Shown here piece by piece: positions 37,274 through 48,375 of a stretch of DNA of 64,000 bases; the first letter of the stretch is position 1, and each line of letters starts with the position of its first letter. The stretch lies in IMG/VR virus record IMGVR_UViG_3300023181_000025, positions 62,001 through 126,000 of that record. One strand, 5' to 3'. The position numbers and the translations under genes are program-made. The notes below the pieces were generated by a model. That model ran no database searches. It was not told where the DNA came from and worked only from the letters and a program-made list of their open reading frames with translations.

Positions 37274-38173
37274 ATGAAAATAAACTATATTTTTCATAAA
37301 TTCCTAGGAGACCCCGTGGGATTTAATAGTTTAAATTCTAATGTTTTAGTCTACGAAGAATCGGAATTTTGCGATGAGAAAGATTTAGTTTTTGGCCCTA
37401 TTTTTCCTCGGGGATCAATCGCATTTATAAATAGTTTAAAATTTAGTTTGCGCGCCAAAGGTTGGCCGGACCTTATTTGGCCCTTCAATCAAAATGCGGC
37501 ATTATTTAATTACAGCAGTTGGAAGTGGTGGCATGAAGATTTACACAAGACTGTTTGGTTTGATGATATGCTGAATTTTGATGCCAAGTTTGAGATGCGT
37601 GTGGCCCAAGAATCAGATGGTGCAAAAGCAAAACCGATATGGGAGCCCGATACTTTTTCTTTTTTCAAGTTAGATTGGACTGACAAGATAAGGCCGAAGC
37701 ATTTGATTTCTAATTCTGGAGAAAATCTTAATTGGCCACTTTGGATAAGGTCAAATTCTGGAAATAAGTTATTTTCTGGTGGTGTATTTACCCGCGAAAG
37801 GTTTTTAAAGGAATATGAATATTTACTTCAAAATAATCTAACAGATATTGAATTAGTAATGGCTAAACCAAAATCAATTGGCCGGGAATGGAGATTAGTT
37901 TTCGTTGGTAATCAATATGTCACTGGATCTCAATATATGAATAAAGGAGTCATTGACTTGTCTACTGTCCCGCATGAAGTTTCAGAATGGGGTCATAATT
38001 GGGCCACAAAATGGGGTCATAATTGGGGAGGAAATTTTGTTCTTGACGTTTGCGAATCGCTGGGGTATAAAGTAGTTGAAATAAACTGTCTTTCTAGTTC
38101 TGGACTATATATGTGTGATATGCGGAAATTTATGACGGCCGTTAAAGAACAAATAGAAAAAGATATTTATTGA
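37274..38173 (+). CDS. ATP-grasp protein (R2K/DUF4343-like)
   Basis: IRSNSG.K.FSGG, K.I..EWR, GSQY, FVLDV, VVEIN...SSGLY. Confidence 0.75.
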   Translation: MKINYIFHKFLGDPVGFNSLNSNVLVYEESEFCDEKDLVFGPIFPRGSIAFINSLKFSLRAKGWPDLIWPFNQNAALFNYSSWKWWHEDLHKTVWFDDMLNFDAKFEMRVAQESDGAKAKPIWEPDTFSFFKLDWTDKIRPKHLISNSGENLNWPLWIRSNSGNKLFSGGVFTRERFLKEYEYLLQNNLTDIELVMAKPKSIGREWRLVFVGNQYVTGSQYMNKGVIDLSTVPHEVSEWGHNWATKWGHNWGGNFVLDVCESLGYKVVEINCLSSSGLYMCDMRKFMTAVKEQIEKDIY

Positions 38174-39162
38174 TCTTTAAAAATCTCTGTTTTTGGGAAT
38201 ATTCTTTTATTAAGCTTTGCTTTTATTGCTATAAATTTTTGATATTTCCTAAGAAGACCTAAACTGTCTTTTTCATAATTTGAATAAATGTAGTCACCAA
38301 ATTTAGACACCCTTGATTTTCCTGAAATTATAATTTTACTATAGCTCCCTCTTTCGGAAAAAACTCTTTTTATTTTCCAGTTTATTTTTAAATTTCTTAA
38401 CAGATTTTCAAAGCATCCCCAGTCTTGATTGTAAGACGAGCAAATTGAAAATGTATAGTTAGATGTTTTTTCGTTTATATAAAAACAACCATCTCCATCT
38501 ATAACGCCCAAAATAAAAGCTCGTTTAAAATTATCTGGAACAGCATTGTATATTTTATCTGCACCCAACTCTTTATTGCAATAATTCATTTCTTCTAAAA
38601 AAGATTTGAAATATAAATTATTCGTATATAAGGAAGTTCGGGCTTTCCCCTTTTCAGGAAATGAAACAGAAGAACCCCAATTTCCAGTTTTCTGAAAAAC
38701 AGGAACAAAATATTTGTCATCTGGAGAAGTAGTAATAAAATAAATTGAATTTTTAGTTTTCGATACGTGCCCATCGCTCCATAACAAACCTAATATATAT
38801 GCATGTATTTCTGAATTTATATTTTTAAATTGTTCATGACAAACCTTATAATTTATTTCGTTCTTAATATGGCATGATGATGAAATTGCAGATTTGGTTT
38901 CGGCAGTAATTTTAAGTTTTAATTTCGAGGCGATAAAATTTACTTGATTTTTTGTAATATTATATTTATCTACGCACCAATTGACACCGTATAAAGGGTA
39001 ATTAATCTTTATCTGATCTTGAATAATACCCGGTATTTCCTTCCTTTTTGGTTTACAATTTAAACAAAACTTTCGGCTTGATAAGCAAATATTTTTTCCG
39101 CTTTCAACAAAATTTACATCGAAACCTAAATTGCATTTTTTACAAATAATTTGTTTTTTCAT
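38167..39162 (-). CDS. free-standing LAGLIDADG homing endonuclease
   Basis: YILGLLWSDG and FILGVIDGDG. Confidence 0.88.
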   Translation of the reverse strand: MKKQIICKKCNLGFDVNFVESGKNICLSSRKFCLNCKPKRKEIPGIIQDQIKINYPLYGVNWCVDKYNITKNQVNFIASKLKLKITAETKSAISSSCHIKNEINYKVCHEQFKNINSEIHAYILGLLWSDGHVSKTKNSIYFITTSPDDKYFVPVFQKTGNWGSSVSFPEKGKARTSLYTNNLYFKSFLEEMNYCNKELGADKIYNAVPDNFKRAFILGVIDGDGCFYINEKTSNYTFSICSSYNQDWGCFENLLRNLKINWKIKRVFSERGSYSKIIISGKSRVSKFGDYIYSNYEKDSLGLLRKYQKFIAIKAKLNKRIFPKTEIFKDQ

Positions 39163-39237
39163 ATGGAATTGTTACACTAAAAAACAAGAAAGCGTGAAAA
39201 CTATTGACAAAAATGAAAAAAATGATAGACTTTTAAT

Positions 39238-40239
39238 ATGAAGTTACAGAAATATATCAACCACATAGCTCTTGTAGTGGATTCAAGCGCCTCTATGGGA
39301 AGACTTAAAAATCAAGTCACCAAGGTCTTGGACACTCTTATTGCAAGATTGGTAAATCGCTCAAAAACTTTAGACCAAGAAACTAGAATTTCAATTTACC
39401 TATTTAATAGCGAGGTCGAATGTATCGTTTTTGATAGAGATGTGTTAAGAATGCCGTCAATTAGTGAATATTATAATCCTGCGGGAATGACTGCATTAAT
39501 TGACGGGACATTATTGGCAATTAATGATTTAAGAAAAATGCCAGAACTTTATGGAGACCATTCAAATTTGATATATTGTATCAGTGATGGGGAAAATAAT
39601 ATTTCAAACAACAAATCGAGCTTACTCGCAAAAACTATCGCGAGCTTACCGGATAATTATACCTTGGCAGCGTTCGCTCCTGATGCAATCGCCGTTTCAG
39701 AATATAAGAAGTTTGGATTTCCTGCCCAAAACATAAGTATTTGGGATATAAATAATGATAAAGGTATCTTTGAGGTTGGCGAACAACTAGCCAATTCTAC
39801 GGATGTTTACATGGATAATCGCTCCAATGGGGTTCGCGGCACAAAGAACTTGTTTGAAATCAAAACTAATATTTCTCAAACAAAAATTAAATCATCCCTT
39901 GAAGAAATAAACCCCAACAAATATCAAGTTTTAACGGTTCGAAAGGACGGCCCAATCAAAGAATTTGCGGAAAGCTGGACCAAAGAAAGGTATCGCTTGG
40001 GAAGCGGATATTATCAACTTGGTAAAAGGGAAACGGTTCAGGCTAATAAGAATATACTGGTTAAAGATAAAAAGAATGGCCGTGTTTATGGTGGAGATTC
40101 CGCTAGACAGCTTTTGGGCCTTCCCAATCACGAAGTAAAGGTTGCCCCGGCTCAATTAGATGGATATGATATTTTTATTCAATCCAATGCAGTAAATAGG
40201 CGCTTGGTAGCAGGAACCCAATTAATTATCTTAAGCTAA
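39238..40239 (+). CDS. vWA-domain protein
   Basis: VVDSSASM, GMTALIDG, SDGENN. Confidence 0.8.
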   Translation: MKLQKYINHIALVVDSSASMGRLKNQVTKVLDTLIARLVNRSKTLDQETRISIYLFNSEVECIVFDRDVLRMPSISEYYNPAGMTALIDGTLLAINDLRKMPELYGDHSNLIYCISDGENNISNNKSSLLAKTIASLPDNYTLAAFAPDAIAVSEYKKFGFPAQNISIWDINNDKGIFEVGEQLANSTDVYMDNRSNGVRGTKNLFEIKTNISQTKIKSSLEEINPNKYQVLTVRKDGPIKEFAESWTKERYRLGSGYYQLGKRETVQANKNILVKDKKNGRVYGGDSARQLLGLPNHEVKVAPAQLDGYDIFIQSNAVNRRLVAGTQLIILS

Positions 40240-40251
40240 TAATAATAAATT

Positions 40252-40839
40252 ATGTTTCAAATTAAAAGTCCAGAAGAATATGGGTATGTTTTAAAAAACA
40301 ATATATGCTTATTTCAAAAAGGGCCATTGTCACAATGGTGGGGAGGCTTTAAGGGGCAAGATTCTACGTTTAAATGTTCTTCTGCCCTAATTGCCGCCCA
40401 TAGAGACTCTGAAGCCGGACATTATCTTGATGTAAGTTTTGAACCATTAACTTTTAACTGTTGCGAACAATGGATGATGGCAAATAAAGCCACTTTCTTT
40501 GATGATCTTGAAAGTTTTCATAAAATTATGGCGACGACAAATCCTAGTGAACAAAAAACCTTAGGAAGGGCAATAAGAAACTATAACGAAAAAAAGTGGG
40601 AAAATGTCAGATATGATATTGTTCTGAGAGGGAATAAAATAAAGTTTGAGCAAAATCCGGACCTTAAGGAATTCCTTCAACAATTTTCGAAACATACTAT
40701 TTTTGCGGAAGCGGCCCCGTGGGACAAAATCTGGGGAATTGGATTAGGTCCAGAAGATTCAAAGTCTCTTGATATATATAAATGGCAAGGTCTAAATCTT
40801 TTGGGAGAAGTTATTAGAGAGGTAAGACAAAAGAGATGA
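40252..40839 (+). CDS. NADAR (YbiA-like) hydrolase
   Basis: EQWMMA.KA..F.D, K.LGR.I, KFEQN, EAAPWDKIWGIG, G.NLLG. Confidence 0.9.
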   Translation: MFQIKSPEEYGYVLKNNICLFQKGPLSQWWGGFKGQDSTFKCSSALIAAHRDSEAGHYLDVSFEPLTFNCCEQWMMANKATFFDDLESFHKIMATTNPSEQKTLGRAIRNYNEKKWENVRYDIVLRGNKIKFEQNPDLKEFLQQFSKHTIFAEAAPWDKIWGIGLGPEDSKSLDIYKWQGLNLLGEVIREVRQKR

Positions 40840-41300
40840 GCAATATAATTAATAATTGTCTTGTAGAGACATATAAACATACACAAGCAGTCCGGCGATT
40901 TATGAATTTATTTATTCATGATCTTATTAATAGAAGTGAACACCATGATGATACTAAATTTGTTGAACCGGAATTAACCCCTTTTGCGGAACTTACCGCT
41001 GAATTATCAGGAGTTGAATATGGAAGCCCAGAATATGCCGCTCAACTTGAAAAGTTGAAGCCATGTCTTGAACACCATTATAGTAAAAACCGCCATCATA
41101 CAGAGTTTTTCGAAGACGGTATAAATGGAATGACATTGGTTGATCTTATTGAAATGATAAGTGACTGGCGCGCTGCCACCGAAAGAAACAAAGCAGGAAA
41201 TATCCGAAAATCATTAGATATTAATGCCAATAAATATGGTATGACACTACAGTTAAAGAAGATTTTTGAAAACACAATCAGGGAATATTTTAAAGACTAA
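40836..41300 (+). CDS. HD-like protein (DUF5662-like)
   Basis: HDDTK, HHY..NRHH.E, M.LVDLIEM..DW.AA. Confidence 0.7.
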   Translation: MSNIINNCLVETYKHTQAVRRFMNLFIHDLINRSEHHDDTKFVEPELTPFAELTAELSGVEYGSPEYAAQLEKLKPCLEHHYSKNRHHTEFFEDGINGMTLVDLIEMISDWRAATERNKAGNIRKSLDINANKYGMTLQLKKIFENTIREYFKD

Positions 41301-41941
41301 TGACTGGATTAGTAATAGCAGTTAATAAGGGAGGGATTCCATACGCAGAAGACTCCCTTGCCGTTCTTCAGGACTTTTTTGATTATAATAACACTGAATT
41401 AGTTATTGTAACCGAAGACTTGCCACAAAATAAATATGGCGCGCATCCGAGTTGGCTTAAGATGTTTTGCCATGATATTATTGAGGATGATATGGTTTTA
41501 TGCTGGGATCTTGATCTTTTGCCCATAAAACGCTATAAGATTGAAGAGTTTATACAAGACCGTGGAAAGCTAAATATAGGAATTGAGACCGGCCTTCTTT
41601 ACGGCTTTGGTATGGAAAATTTTGGACCTAAATTTAAGTATAACTGTGGATTTATGGGTGTTCCTGTTTATCTTAAACAGGCATTTTTGGATATTTATGA
41701 AAAGCGTGGAATGGAAACTCATAGGTCTGCATGGGAGCAGCTTTATGTGAACGACTTTATTGTAGATGAAAATATTGACATAAATATTATCCGCCCCGAA
41801 TACAATTGTTCTTTAAATAATAAAAAGGAATTTCTACCCCACACTAGAAATTCCCACTACACATTTGGGGAGATGAATGTTGACGTTAGGGCGCAAATGA
41901 TAAAACAACACAAAATTAATTATTTCTCACAATATGAATAA
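41300..41941 (+). CDS. GT-A glycosyltransferase
   Basis: WLK, WDLD, NCGFM, EQ...N. Confidence 0.6.
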   Translation: MTGLVIAVNKGGIPYAEDSLAVLQDFFDYNNTELVIVTEDLPQNKYGAHPSWLKMFCHDIIEDDMVLCWDLDLLPIKRYKIEEFIQDRGKLNIGIETGLLYGFGMENFGPKFKYNCGFMGVPVYLKQAFLDIYEKRGMETHRSAWEQLYVNDFIVDENIDINIIRPEYNCSLNNKKEFLPHTRNSHYTFGEMNVDVRAQMIKQHKINYFSQYE

Positions 41942-42864
41942 AAAAGATTTTAAATATAATACTGCGGAATATTTTATTGCAGAGGCTTCCGAAAAAATGG
42001 AGCAAGCTCTTCACTGCGTAAAGTCAGTCCGTAAGGAAATTGGTCAAATACAACCAGTTAGTAAAATTGTTCTAGGGGGAGGATCTTTTCTAGGGCCGGA
42101 ACCAAGAATTAAATATAATTTTAATACTGTTAGTTTAGAATCCTTTTTTAATCCCAAACCAACTTATAGTTCATGGGAACCAAAATTTGACCCCCTACTC
42201 TCATCTCACATTGCAACGGTGGTTAATAATTCTTTAGCGTTTGCTGCCGAAGCAGAAAAAGAAATAGAAGTTTGGCACAAAGAAAATATTGAGGCTATTG
42301 AAAATAATAAGAAGGTCGCCGAACAAATTAAGGACTTTATTAGTAGTGTTGGTATCCCTTCTACATATACCGCCAATGAAGTAGTAAGAGGGAAAAGCAA
42401 ATCCATAGCTAAAATGTCCGGGTATGTTGATGATATTTCTAGGAATTGTATAATTGAGGATAATTATGAATACGCCAAGCGTATTATGGTAGAATTTAGA
42501 AAAAGAGTAGCGGATTGGGAGAAAAATATACTTGGAGTAGCTAAAGCTCAGAAAGACTTAAAAGAAAAAGAAGACAAAAAGATAAGACTTATCGCCCGCG
42601 CCATGGAGATTTATAGAGAAAATAGGCTTACTGAAAAATATTCTACCAACGATGAACTGGTTCGTATCGCTACCGAAGCGGAGAAAGAAAAATGGGTAAA
42701 GGAAAATTATCCAGATGGAGAAATTGTTGACCAAAAAGCTTGCCAAGATTGTAGCACTTGGGTAGTTGGGGAAAGGCGTTGTGAGTGTGGAAATAGAAGG
42801 CTAGAAATCCAGATAGAAGGAAATATTCTTGATGGGTTTGCTGGATATGTAGAGGCATATTAAT

Positions 42865-43404
42865 ATGGATAACATACAATACAGAAAAGATTTACCCGCG
42901 CTTTTGCCTTTTGAGAGCGTTGGGGTGGAATTGGGAGTTTTTGAGGGAACTTATTCGCAAGAACTTTGGTCTTCTGAAAAATTTAAGGAATTGCATTTAG
43001 TAGATCCTTTTGAGGGTAAAATTGGTTCTGGAGATAAGGACGGCCTTAATTATAAAAATTTAAAAGGGGATTATTTATATAAAATTAATAAAGCCAATTT
43101 TTCTGAATTCAATAACGTTCACATTCATAGGCAAAAATCCATTCCGTTCCTTAAGGAAACGGCGGACGATGTATTTAATTTTGTTTATATAGACACTACC
43201 CATGTATATAAAGATACGCTAGATGAACTAAAAGAATCGTTTAGGACCATTAAAAATGGGGGAATACTTGCGGGACACGATCTTAATTTAGATGGTTCTG
43301 GGGTTAAAATGGCCCTTGCTGATTTTTGCGCCGAGTATAAACAAAAATTTTCCGTAGTGTATGGGGATAAGCTTCATTCATTTTATATTAAGGTCAATAA
43401 ATGA
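42865..43404 (+). CDS. class I SAM methyltransferase (Methyltransf_24-like)
   Basis: GVELGVFEG, FVYID..H.Y, GG.LAGHD. Confidence 0.85.
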   Translation: MDNIQYRKDLPALLPFESVGVELGVFEGTYSQELWSSEKFKELHLVDPFEGKIGSGDKDGLNYKNLKGDYLYKINKANFSEFNNVHIHRQKSIPFLKETADDVFNFVYIDTTHVYKDTLDELKESFRTIKNGGILAGHDLNLDGSGVKMALADFCAEYKQKFSVVYGDKLHSFYIKVNK

Positions 43405-43449
43405 TATTTTGATTGACGGAAGAGATTGTTATGGTATGATAAAGCTGTC

Positions 43450-43992
43450 ATGAGTTGGTTTCCAATTAATACTCAATATAATAGAGGCATTCCTATTAAT
43501 TCCCATCCCGGAGCTTTCGGATGCGCGCGTAAATATAATTTCCATGAAGGGATCGACCTTTACGGAAAAGAAGGGAATCTAGTATATTGTATTAATGATG
43601 GCATAGTAGTCGCAAATAGAGGGTTTACAGGGCCTTCCGTTGGTTATGATTGGTGGCTTGATACTGATGCTATATTGGTGAAATCTGAAACGGAATATTT
43701 TGTTTATGGCGAGCTTAAAAGCAATTTAAAAGTTGGAGACAAAATAAGGTCGGGAGGTGTTATTGGTCATTTGGTTCCAGTTCTTTCCGAAGAGAAGATA
43801 CGCGCCGATATCCCACGACACTCGAATGTAATGTTACACCTTGAGAAATATTCGCTTGACTATCGGCCAGAAATGGGTTGGAGTAGTTGGAATGAGAGAG
43901 AAAATCGGCCATCATATTTACTTGATCCGACTAATGACCTTATTGAAATTTTAAAGAAGGCATACAGAAAAGTAGAATTATTGACTTTATGA
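43450..43992 (+). CDS. M23-family peptidase
   Basis: FG..R....HEGIDL, MLHLE, DPT. Confidence 0.8.
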   Translation: MSWFPINTQYNRGIPINSHPGAFGCARKYNFHEGIDLYGKEGNLVYCINDGIVVANRGFTGPSVGYDWWLDTDAILVKSETEYFVYGELKSNLKVGDKIRSGGVIGHLVPVLSEEKIRADIPRHSNVMLHLEKYSLDYRPEMGWSSWNERENRPSYLLDPTNDLIEILKKAYRKVELLTL

Positions 43993-44307
43993 ATAAATAT
44001 ATATGTGAATGCTTGGTTGACCCGGTAACGGGAAAATCTTTTGAAATAGAAATTCCCCAAAACACTTCGATAGAAGAAATTAAACAATCGGGTCGCGAAT
44101 CCGGAGAAAGATTTCGATTGGGCTTGTTTCCTACAGAGCAAGAAAAAATTGTGATGGAAGAACTTTATGAATCTGCGGAATCATTGAGAAGTTCTCTGAC
44201 AGAAGAACAAAAACAGGCTGTAAGAGTTCTTCTGGAAAAACAAGAACCCATGCAATTTCGTGGCTCCATGAATTATGTTGCTTTTGTGAAAAGCATAGGA
44301 GAAGAAG

Positions 44308-44937
44308 ATGATTGAAACTATTAAAAATATGTTAGTAAATAAAAAATCAAAATTCAGCGTTTCAAAACCCTTGTTATGGGGCAATATTGAATCGACTGCG
44401 TTAGTCAGTTCAGGAGATCAAAATCTTATTGATCGCGTAAAAAAGAAAACCGGCTGGAGCCAAATCAAAACAGAAAAAAATGTAGCCGAATATCGAAAAT
44501 TTCTTTATCTTGCGACGATTAACGACAATGTAGTTCCCGCAAAAGATGTGGATGAAGTTTGGCATGAACATTTGTTGTTTACTCGGGATTATAACGCTTT
44601 TTGCAATAACGTGCTTGGAAAGCAAATTCATCACGAGCCTGAAGTTCCCAATAAGCCAAATAAATTTAAAGACGATTATAAAAAGACCGGCCTTTCCTAC
44701 CAAAAAGAGTTTGGAGAAACTCCTGAATTTGCAGGCGTTTGGGATTTTATTGCGGGGTTTGCAGTAAGCGAATCTTTTCATAGCTGTCCCTCAAGCCATT
44801 CTCATCACGATACCTCCCCAAGTTACGATAGCTCTCCATCACACTCTTGTTCGTCTGCGCACTCTTGTAGCTCAGTTTCATCTTGTTCAAGCGGTAGCTC
44901 ATGTGGCGGAAGTAGTTGCGGAGGCGGCGGAGATTAA
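44308..44937 (+). CDS. glycine-rich-domain protein with Ser/Cys/Gly tail
   Basis: EY.KFL.L, VD.VWH.HLL.T..Y..FC, HH.P; tail SSCGGSSCGGGGD. Confidence 0.75.
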   Translation: MIETIKNMLVNKKSKFSVSKPLLWGNIESTALVSSGDQNLIDRVKKKTGWSQIKTEKNVAEYRKFLYLATINDNVVPAKDVDEVWHEHLLFTRDYNAFCNNVLGKQIHHEPEVPNKPNKFKDDYKKTGLSYQKEFGETPEFAGVWDFIAGFAVSESFHSCPSSHSHHDTSPSYDSSPSHSCSSAHSCSSVSSCSSGSSCGGSSCGGGGD

Positions 44938-45763
44938 TATGGAAAGTCCTTATAAAGTTCCGCCTTTCAATCCTCCACCAAATGGTTGCGTAACTTATAT
45001 ATGGTGGAGTTGGCATCCAAGGTATCCTTATTGGTCGCAATCTTGTTGGGAAGCGGCTTCCATTGAGGAAGCTCAAGAATGGCTGGTAGACCCTAGAACC
45101 AAACTGAAATATTATCATAATAAACTTATTGAACATAACAGTATTACTTTAGTTGAGGTGCAAGATGAACCTTGTAAAGAAATGGAAATTTGGTGGGATA
45201 TATTTAATCAGGATAAAAGCAATGGAATTATTTGAATGCGAAAAGTGCAATACCAAATATTTTCGATTTAAAACTGCGCCAGCTTACTGGGTCGAATTAA
45301 AATCTGGTAAATATGCCTGTAAGAATTGCAAAGACAGTATCAACATAATTCATTGGAATTTTAAAAATAAAAAAGTATGAAAATAACCACCAAAAAAGTA
45401 GTTGAGGTTTCTGACTGGGATAGTCTTGTTGAAGAAACTTACGGGCGTCGATATAGTTTTCAGCAACAGAACGGCTGTCAGGACCGAGGGATATATAAAT
45501 TAGTTGTTCCAACGGAAAAAGCCCATGATTGTGAGCGTGAAACGATTAAAGAAAAAGTAAATGGTCCAGAAGAGGGCGTAAGTTTTGCGGCATGGCTTGC
45601 TCGTGACCCCAAGCAAAAATTAGATGGCCAAACCTATGACTATCAATTGAGTTTGTGGTGGGAGCGGAATTTCTATCCATCTATCGAAATGGTAGCAAAC
45701 GATCTACATGCCAAGGGGCTAATTGAAGCAGGCGAATATATAATCAATATAGATTGGTGAATT

Positions 45764-46423
45764 ATGAAAGTATTAATAACTAGCGGAGGCTGCAAAGCTC
45801 CAATTGATGAAATTCGTCACATAGGTAATTTTTCCAGTGGCAGGTATGGCTCGGAAATTATGGAGGAATTCACTAGTCAACCAAATGTTGAAATTGTATT
45901 TTTTCATGAACGAGGAACGAATCAATCCCAATATGGCCCCGGTGATATTGAATTATTTGGAAATTCTAAATTAAAATTTATCGAATATAAGTATTACGGA
46001 GATTATCTTAAAGTTAAAGATATTATTAAAGAATGGCAACCAGATATTATCATTTCCGTTGCCGCGATTTCTGATTATATTCCAGTCAAAACTGAAGGGA
46101 AGATTAGTTCAGATTCGGATGAAATTACAATTGTATGTAAGAAGTCTGAAAAAGTTATTAAAAGTTTTCGTGAACTCGCTCCCGGCGCTTATATAGTTGG
46201 CTTTAAATGTTTAGTTGGCCCGACAAAGGAAGAGAAAGATAGAGCAATTGAAAAGGTTTTTGATTCTAAAGTTAATATGGTGGTTTATAATGATCTTTTG
46301 GAATTGAGGAAGGGATATTCTGCCAGACAAATAATCAGAAATATAAAAAATGAAAAAAATTCTTTCCCCTTGTATGCTGAGAGAGCAAAAGATTTAGTGG
46401 ATTTAATTTTAGCAGACAGATAA
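45764..46423 (+). CDS. coaB: phosphopantothenate-cysteine ligase (CoaB/DFP domain)
   Basis: VLITSGG...PID.IR.I.NFSSG.YG, AAISDY, VGFK, VVYNDL. Confidence 0.82.
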   Translation: MKVLITSGGCKAPIDEIRHIGNFSSGRYGSEIMEEFTSQPNVEIVFFHERGTNQSQYGPGDIELFGNSKLKFIEYKYYGDYLKVKDIIKEWQPDIIISVAAISDYIPVKTEGKISSDSDEITIVCKKSEKVIKSFRELAPGAYIVGFKCLVGPTKEEKDRAIEKVFDSKVNMVVYNDLLELRKGYSARQIIRNIKNEKNSFPLYAERAKDLVDLILADR

Positions 46424-46424
46424 T

Positions 46425-46925
46425 ATGGAACACGAAATAAAGTTTAGGGTTTGGCATAAAGAAATGCAAAGATTTCTTTCTACCGATGAATGGGCGTTAG
46501 GTATGGAAGGCGTTCTTCGATACTTAGATGTCGGCGAAGGAAAATTAATTCCTGTTAACCAAAATTTGTATGAAATTTCAAGGTATACTGGCTATATAGA
46601 TAAAAACAATATTGATATTTATGAGGGTGATATTGTAAAGACTTACGATAGTTATATCTTCAAAGGATTTAATGAAGATTGGGCGGAACATGAATGCGCT
46701 ACTATTAAATTTTTTAATGCGGGGTTTCAAGTTTGTGAATGGTATAAAGGGTCTAGAAACTTTAAAAATTATAAATTTATATGTGATTGCTGTCCCTGCG
46801 GGCTTGAAATAATCGGTAATAAATTTGAAAACCCCGAAATGGTGCTTAAACCTGATAAACCGGAAAGGGACAAAGAGATTGAAGAAATTGCGAAAAGAAT
46901 CGTTTATGGAGATAAGTCCCCTTAA
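46425..46925 (+). CDS. YopX-family protein
   Basis: IKFRVW, YTG..DKN...IYEGDIV, EIIGN.FENPE. Confidence 0.88.
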   Translation: MEHEIKFRVWHKEMQRFLSTDEWALGMEGVLRYLDVGEGKLIPVNQNLYEISRYTGYIDKNNIDIYEGDIVKTYDSYIFKGFNEDWAEHECATIKFFNAGFQVCEWYKGSRNFKNYKFICDCCPCGLEIIGNKFENPEMVLKPDKPERDKEIEEIAKRIVYGDKSP

Positions 46926-47204
46926 ATTCATAGAAATACTCCGTAATGCTCGCCCGGATAATGAACATTATTATTTAAATGGTGGGTGCTGGGAGTTATT
47001 TTGTATTTTGAAAAGAGTATGGCCCCAATCAAAGCCTTACCATACATGGATAGAGATTTGCGGGCATGTGGCGACAGAGATAGATGGAAGACTCTATGAT
47101 ATTCGTGGTAGGATAAAAAAACCAAGCCTATACGAAAAGATGACAAATCAAACATGGCCCGCCATTAAAGGAAATCATCGGTGGCATAAAAGTTATAAAA
47201 ATTT

Positions 47205-47326
47205 ATGAATATTTTATTATAGGGGTAAGCGGGTCAGTCGCCACGCCTCTTCAAGAAGAGATTACGGCGGAATTGTATAGGCAAGGTCATGAGGTTAGAA
47301 TAGAAGACATAATTTCATTAATTTGA
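47205..47326 (+). pseudogene. frameshifted, truncated CoaC/flavoprotein fragment
   Basis: removing an extra TA gives MNILLGVSGSVAT...ELYRQGHEVRI. Confidence 0.6.
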
Positions 47327-47460
47327 GAATTTTATAAATTTTTCTGTATTCATTGAATTACTTACACTGGAAATGTTAAATCACCCTACAAAAAAATAAC
47401 ATTGACAAAACAAGAAAATAAGCCATTCTGACTGTAGAAACAAAATTTAAACGATATTAT

Positions 47461-47994
47461 ATGTTCGATAAAATAATTAATCACACCAAAAGTATTTCTG
47501 AAGATTGGCTAATGACCAGCGCGGAAAGGTTTTTCACCATTGGGCTGCTTGAAACGTTGCGTCCCAAAAGAGCCTTGGAAATAGGTTGCCGCTTTGGTGG
47601 ATTTACCCGCCATCTTAGCAGATTTTGCGAACAGGTTGATACGGTTGATATGGACCCCATGATTTATGAATCATGCAATGATCTACAAAACGTAAGTCCA
47701 TTCAATATCATGAGCGACAGCTTCTTTTGCGTTAATGAACAAAATTATTATGATTTTTGTTTAATTGATGGAGATCATAGTCGTGACGGAGCGCGGAAAG
47801 ATTTAATTAATGCTTCTAAGATTTGTGAAATTATAATTTTTCACGATACGATGAATCCAGAATGTCGAAGTGGCTACGAGGATGCTCTTAATTTGATTGG
47901 GAGAGAAAATTTGGAATATATTAATCTTGATATTGTCTTAAATAGCGGAATATGGGGCGGCCTAGGAATGGTCGTAACTAAATCAAACAAATAA
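47461..47994 (+). CDS. class I SAM methyltransferase
   Basis: LEIGC..GG, LIDGDHS..G...D, HD. Confidence 0.85.
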   Translation: MFDKIINHTKSISEDWLMTSAERFFTIGLLETLRPKRALEIGCRFGGFTRHLSRFCEQVDTVDMDPMIYESCNDLQNVSPFNIMSDSFFCVNEQNYYDFCLIDGDHSRDGARKDLINASKICEIIIFHDTMNPECRSGYEDALNLIGRENLEYINLDIVLNSGIWGGLGMVVTKSNK

Positions 47995-47995
47995 A

Positions 47996-48373
47996 ATGAA
48001 TAAATTAATATTAATTATTGTTCTGGTGCTTTCGTCTTGCGCGGCAGCAGTAGAGAAAAAAGTTGAGTCAATTTCAAAAACTCAAACTGGCAAGGCTTCT
48101 TGGTATTCTACAAGCTGCAATGGAGGAAGTAGAACGGCAAGTGGAATTAAACTGAAAAACCATGAAATGACTGCCGCACATAAAACCTTACCTTTTGGTA
48201 GTAAGGTGAGGGTAACGAATTTAAATAATGGAAAATCAGAAATTGTTAAAATTATTGATCGCGGACCTTATGTGAAGGGTCGAGTAATTGATGTCAGTGT
48301 GGGCGCGGCAGAATCTCTTGGCTTTAAAGGAAAAGGCGTAACGAATGTTAAACTAGAAGTTTTAAATGATTAA
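47996..48373 (+). CDS. rlpA: RlpA-family lytic transglycosylase lipoprotein
   Basis: lipobox LSSC, G.ASWY, TAAHKTLPFG..VRVTN, DRGPY..GR.ID. Confidence 0.9.
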   Translation: MNKLILIIVLVLSSCAAAVEKKVESISKTQTGKASWYSTSCNGGSRTASGIKLKNHEMTAAHKTLPFGSKVRVTNLNNGKSEIVKIIDRGPYVKGRVIDVSVGAAESLGFKGKGVTNVKLEVLND

Positions 48374-48375
48374 AT

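Noticed and set aside
38011-38026. Short repeat GGTCATAATTGGG (also at 37991)
   Set aside because: Two copies inside a CDS encoding WGHNW; local duplication only
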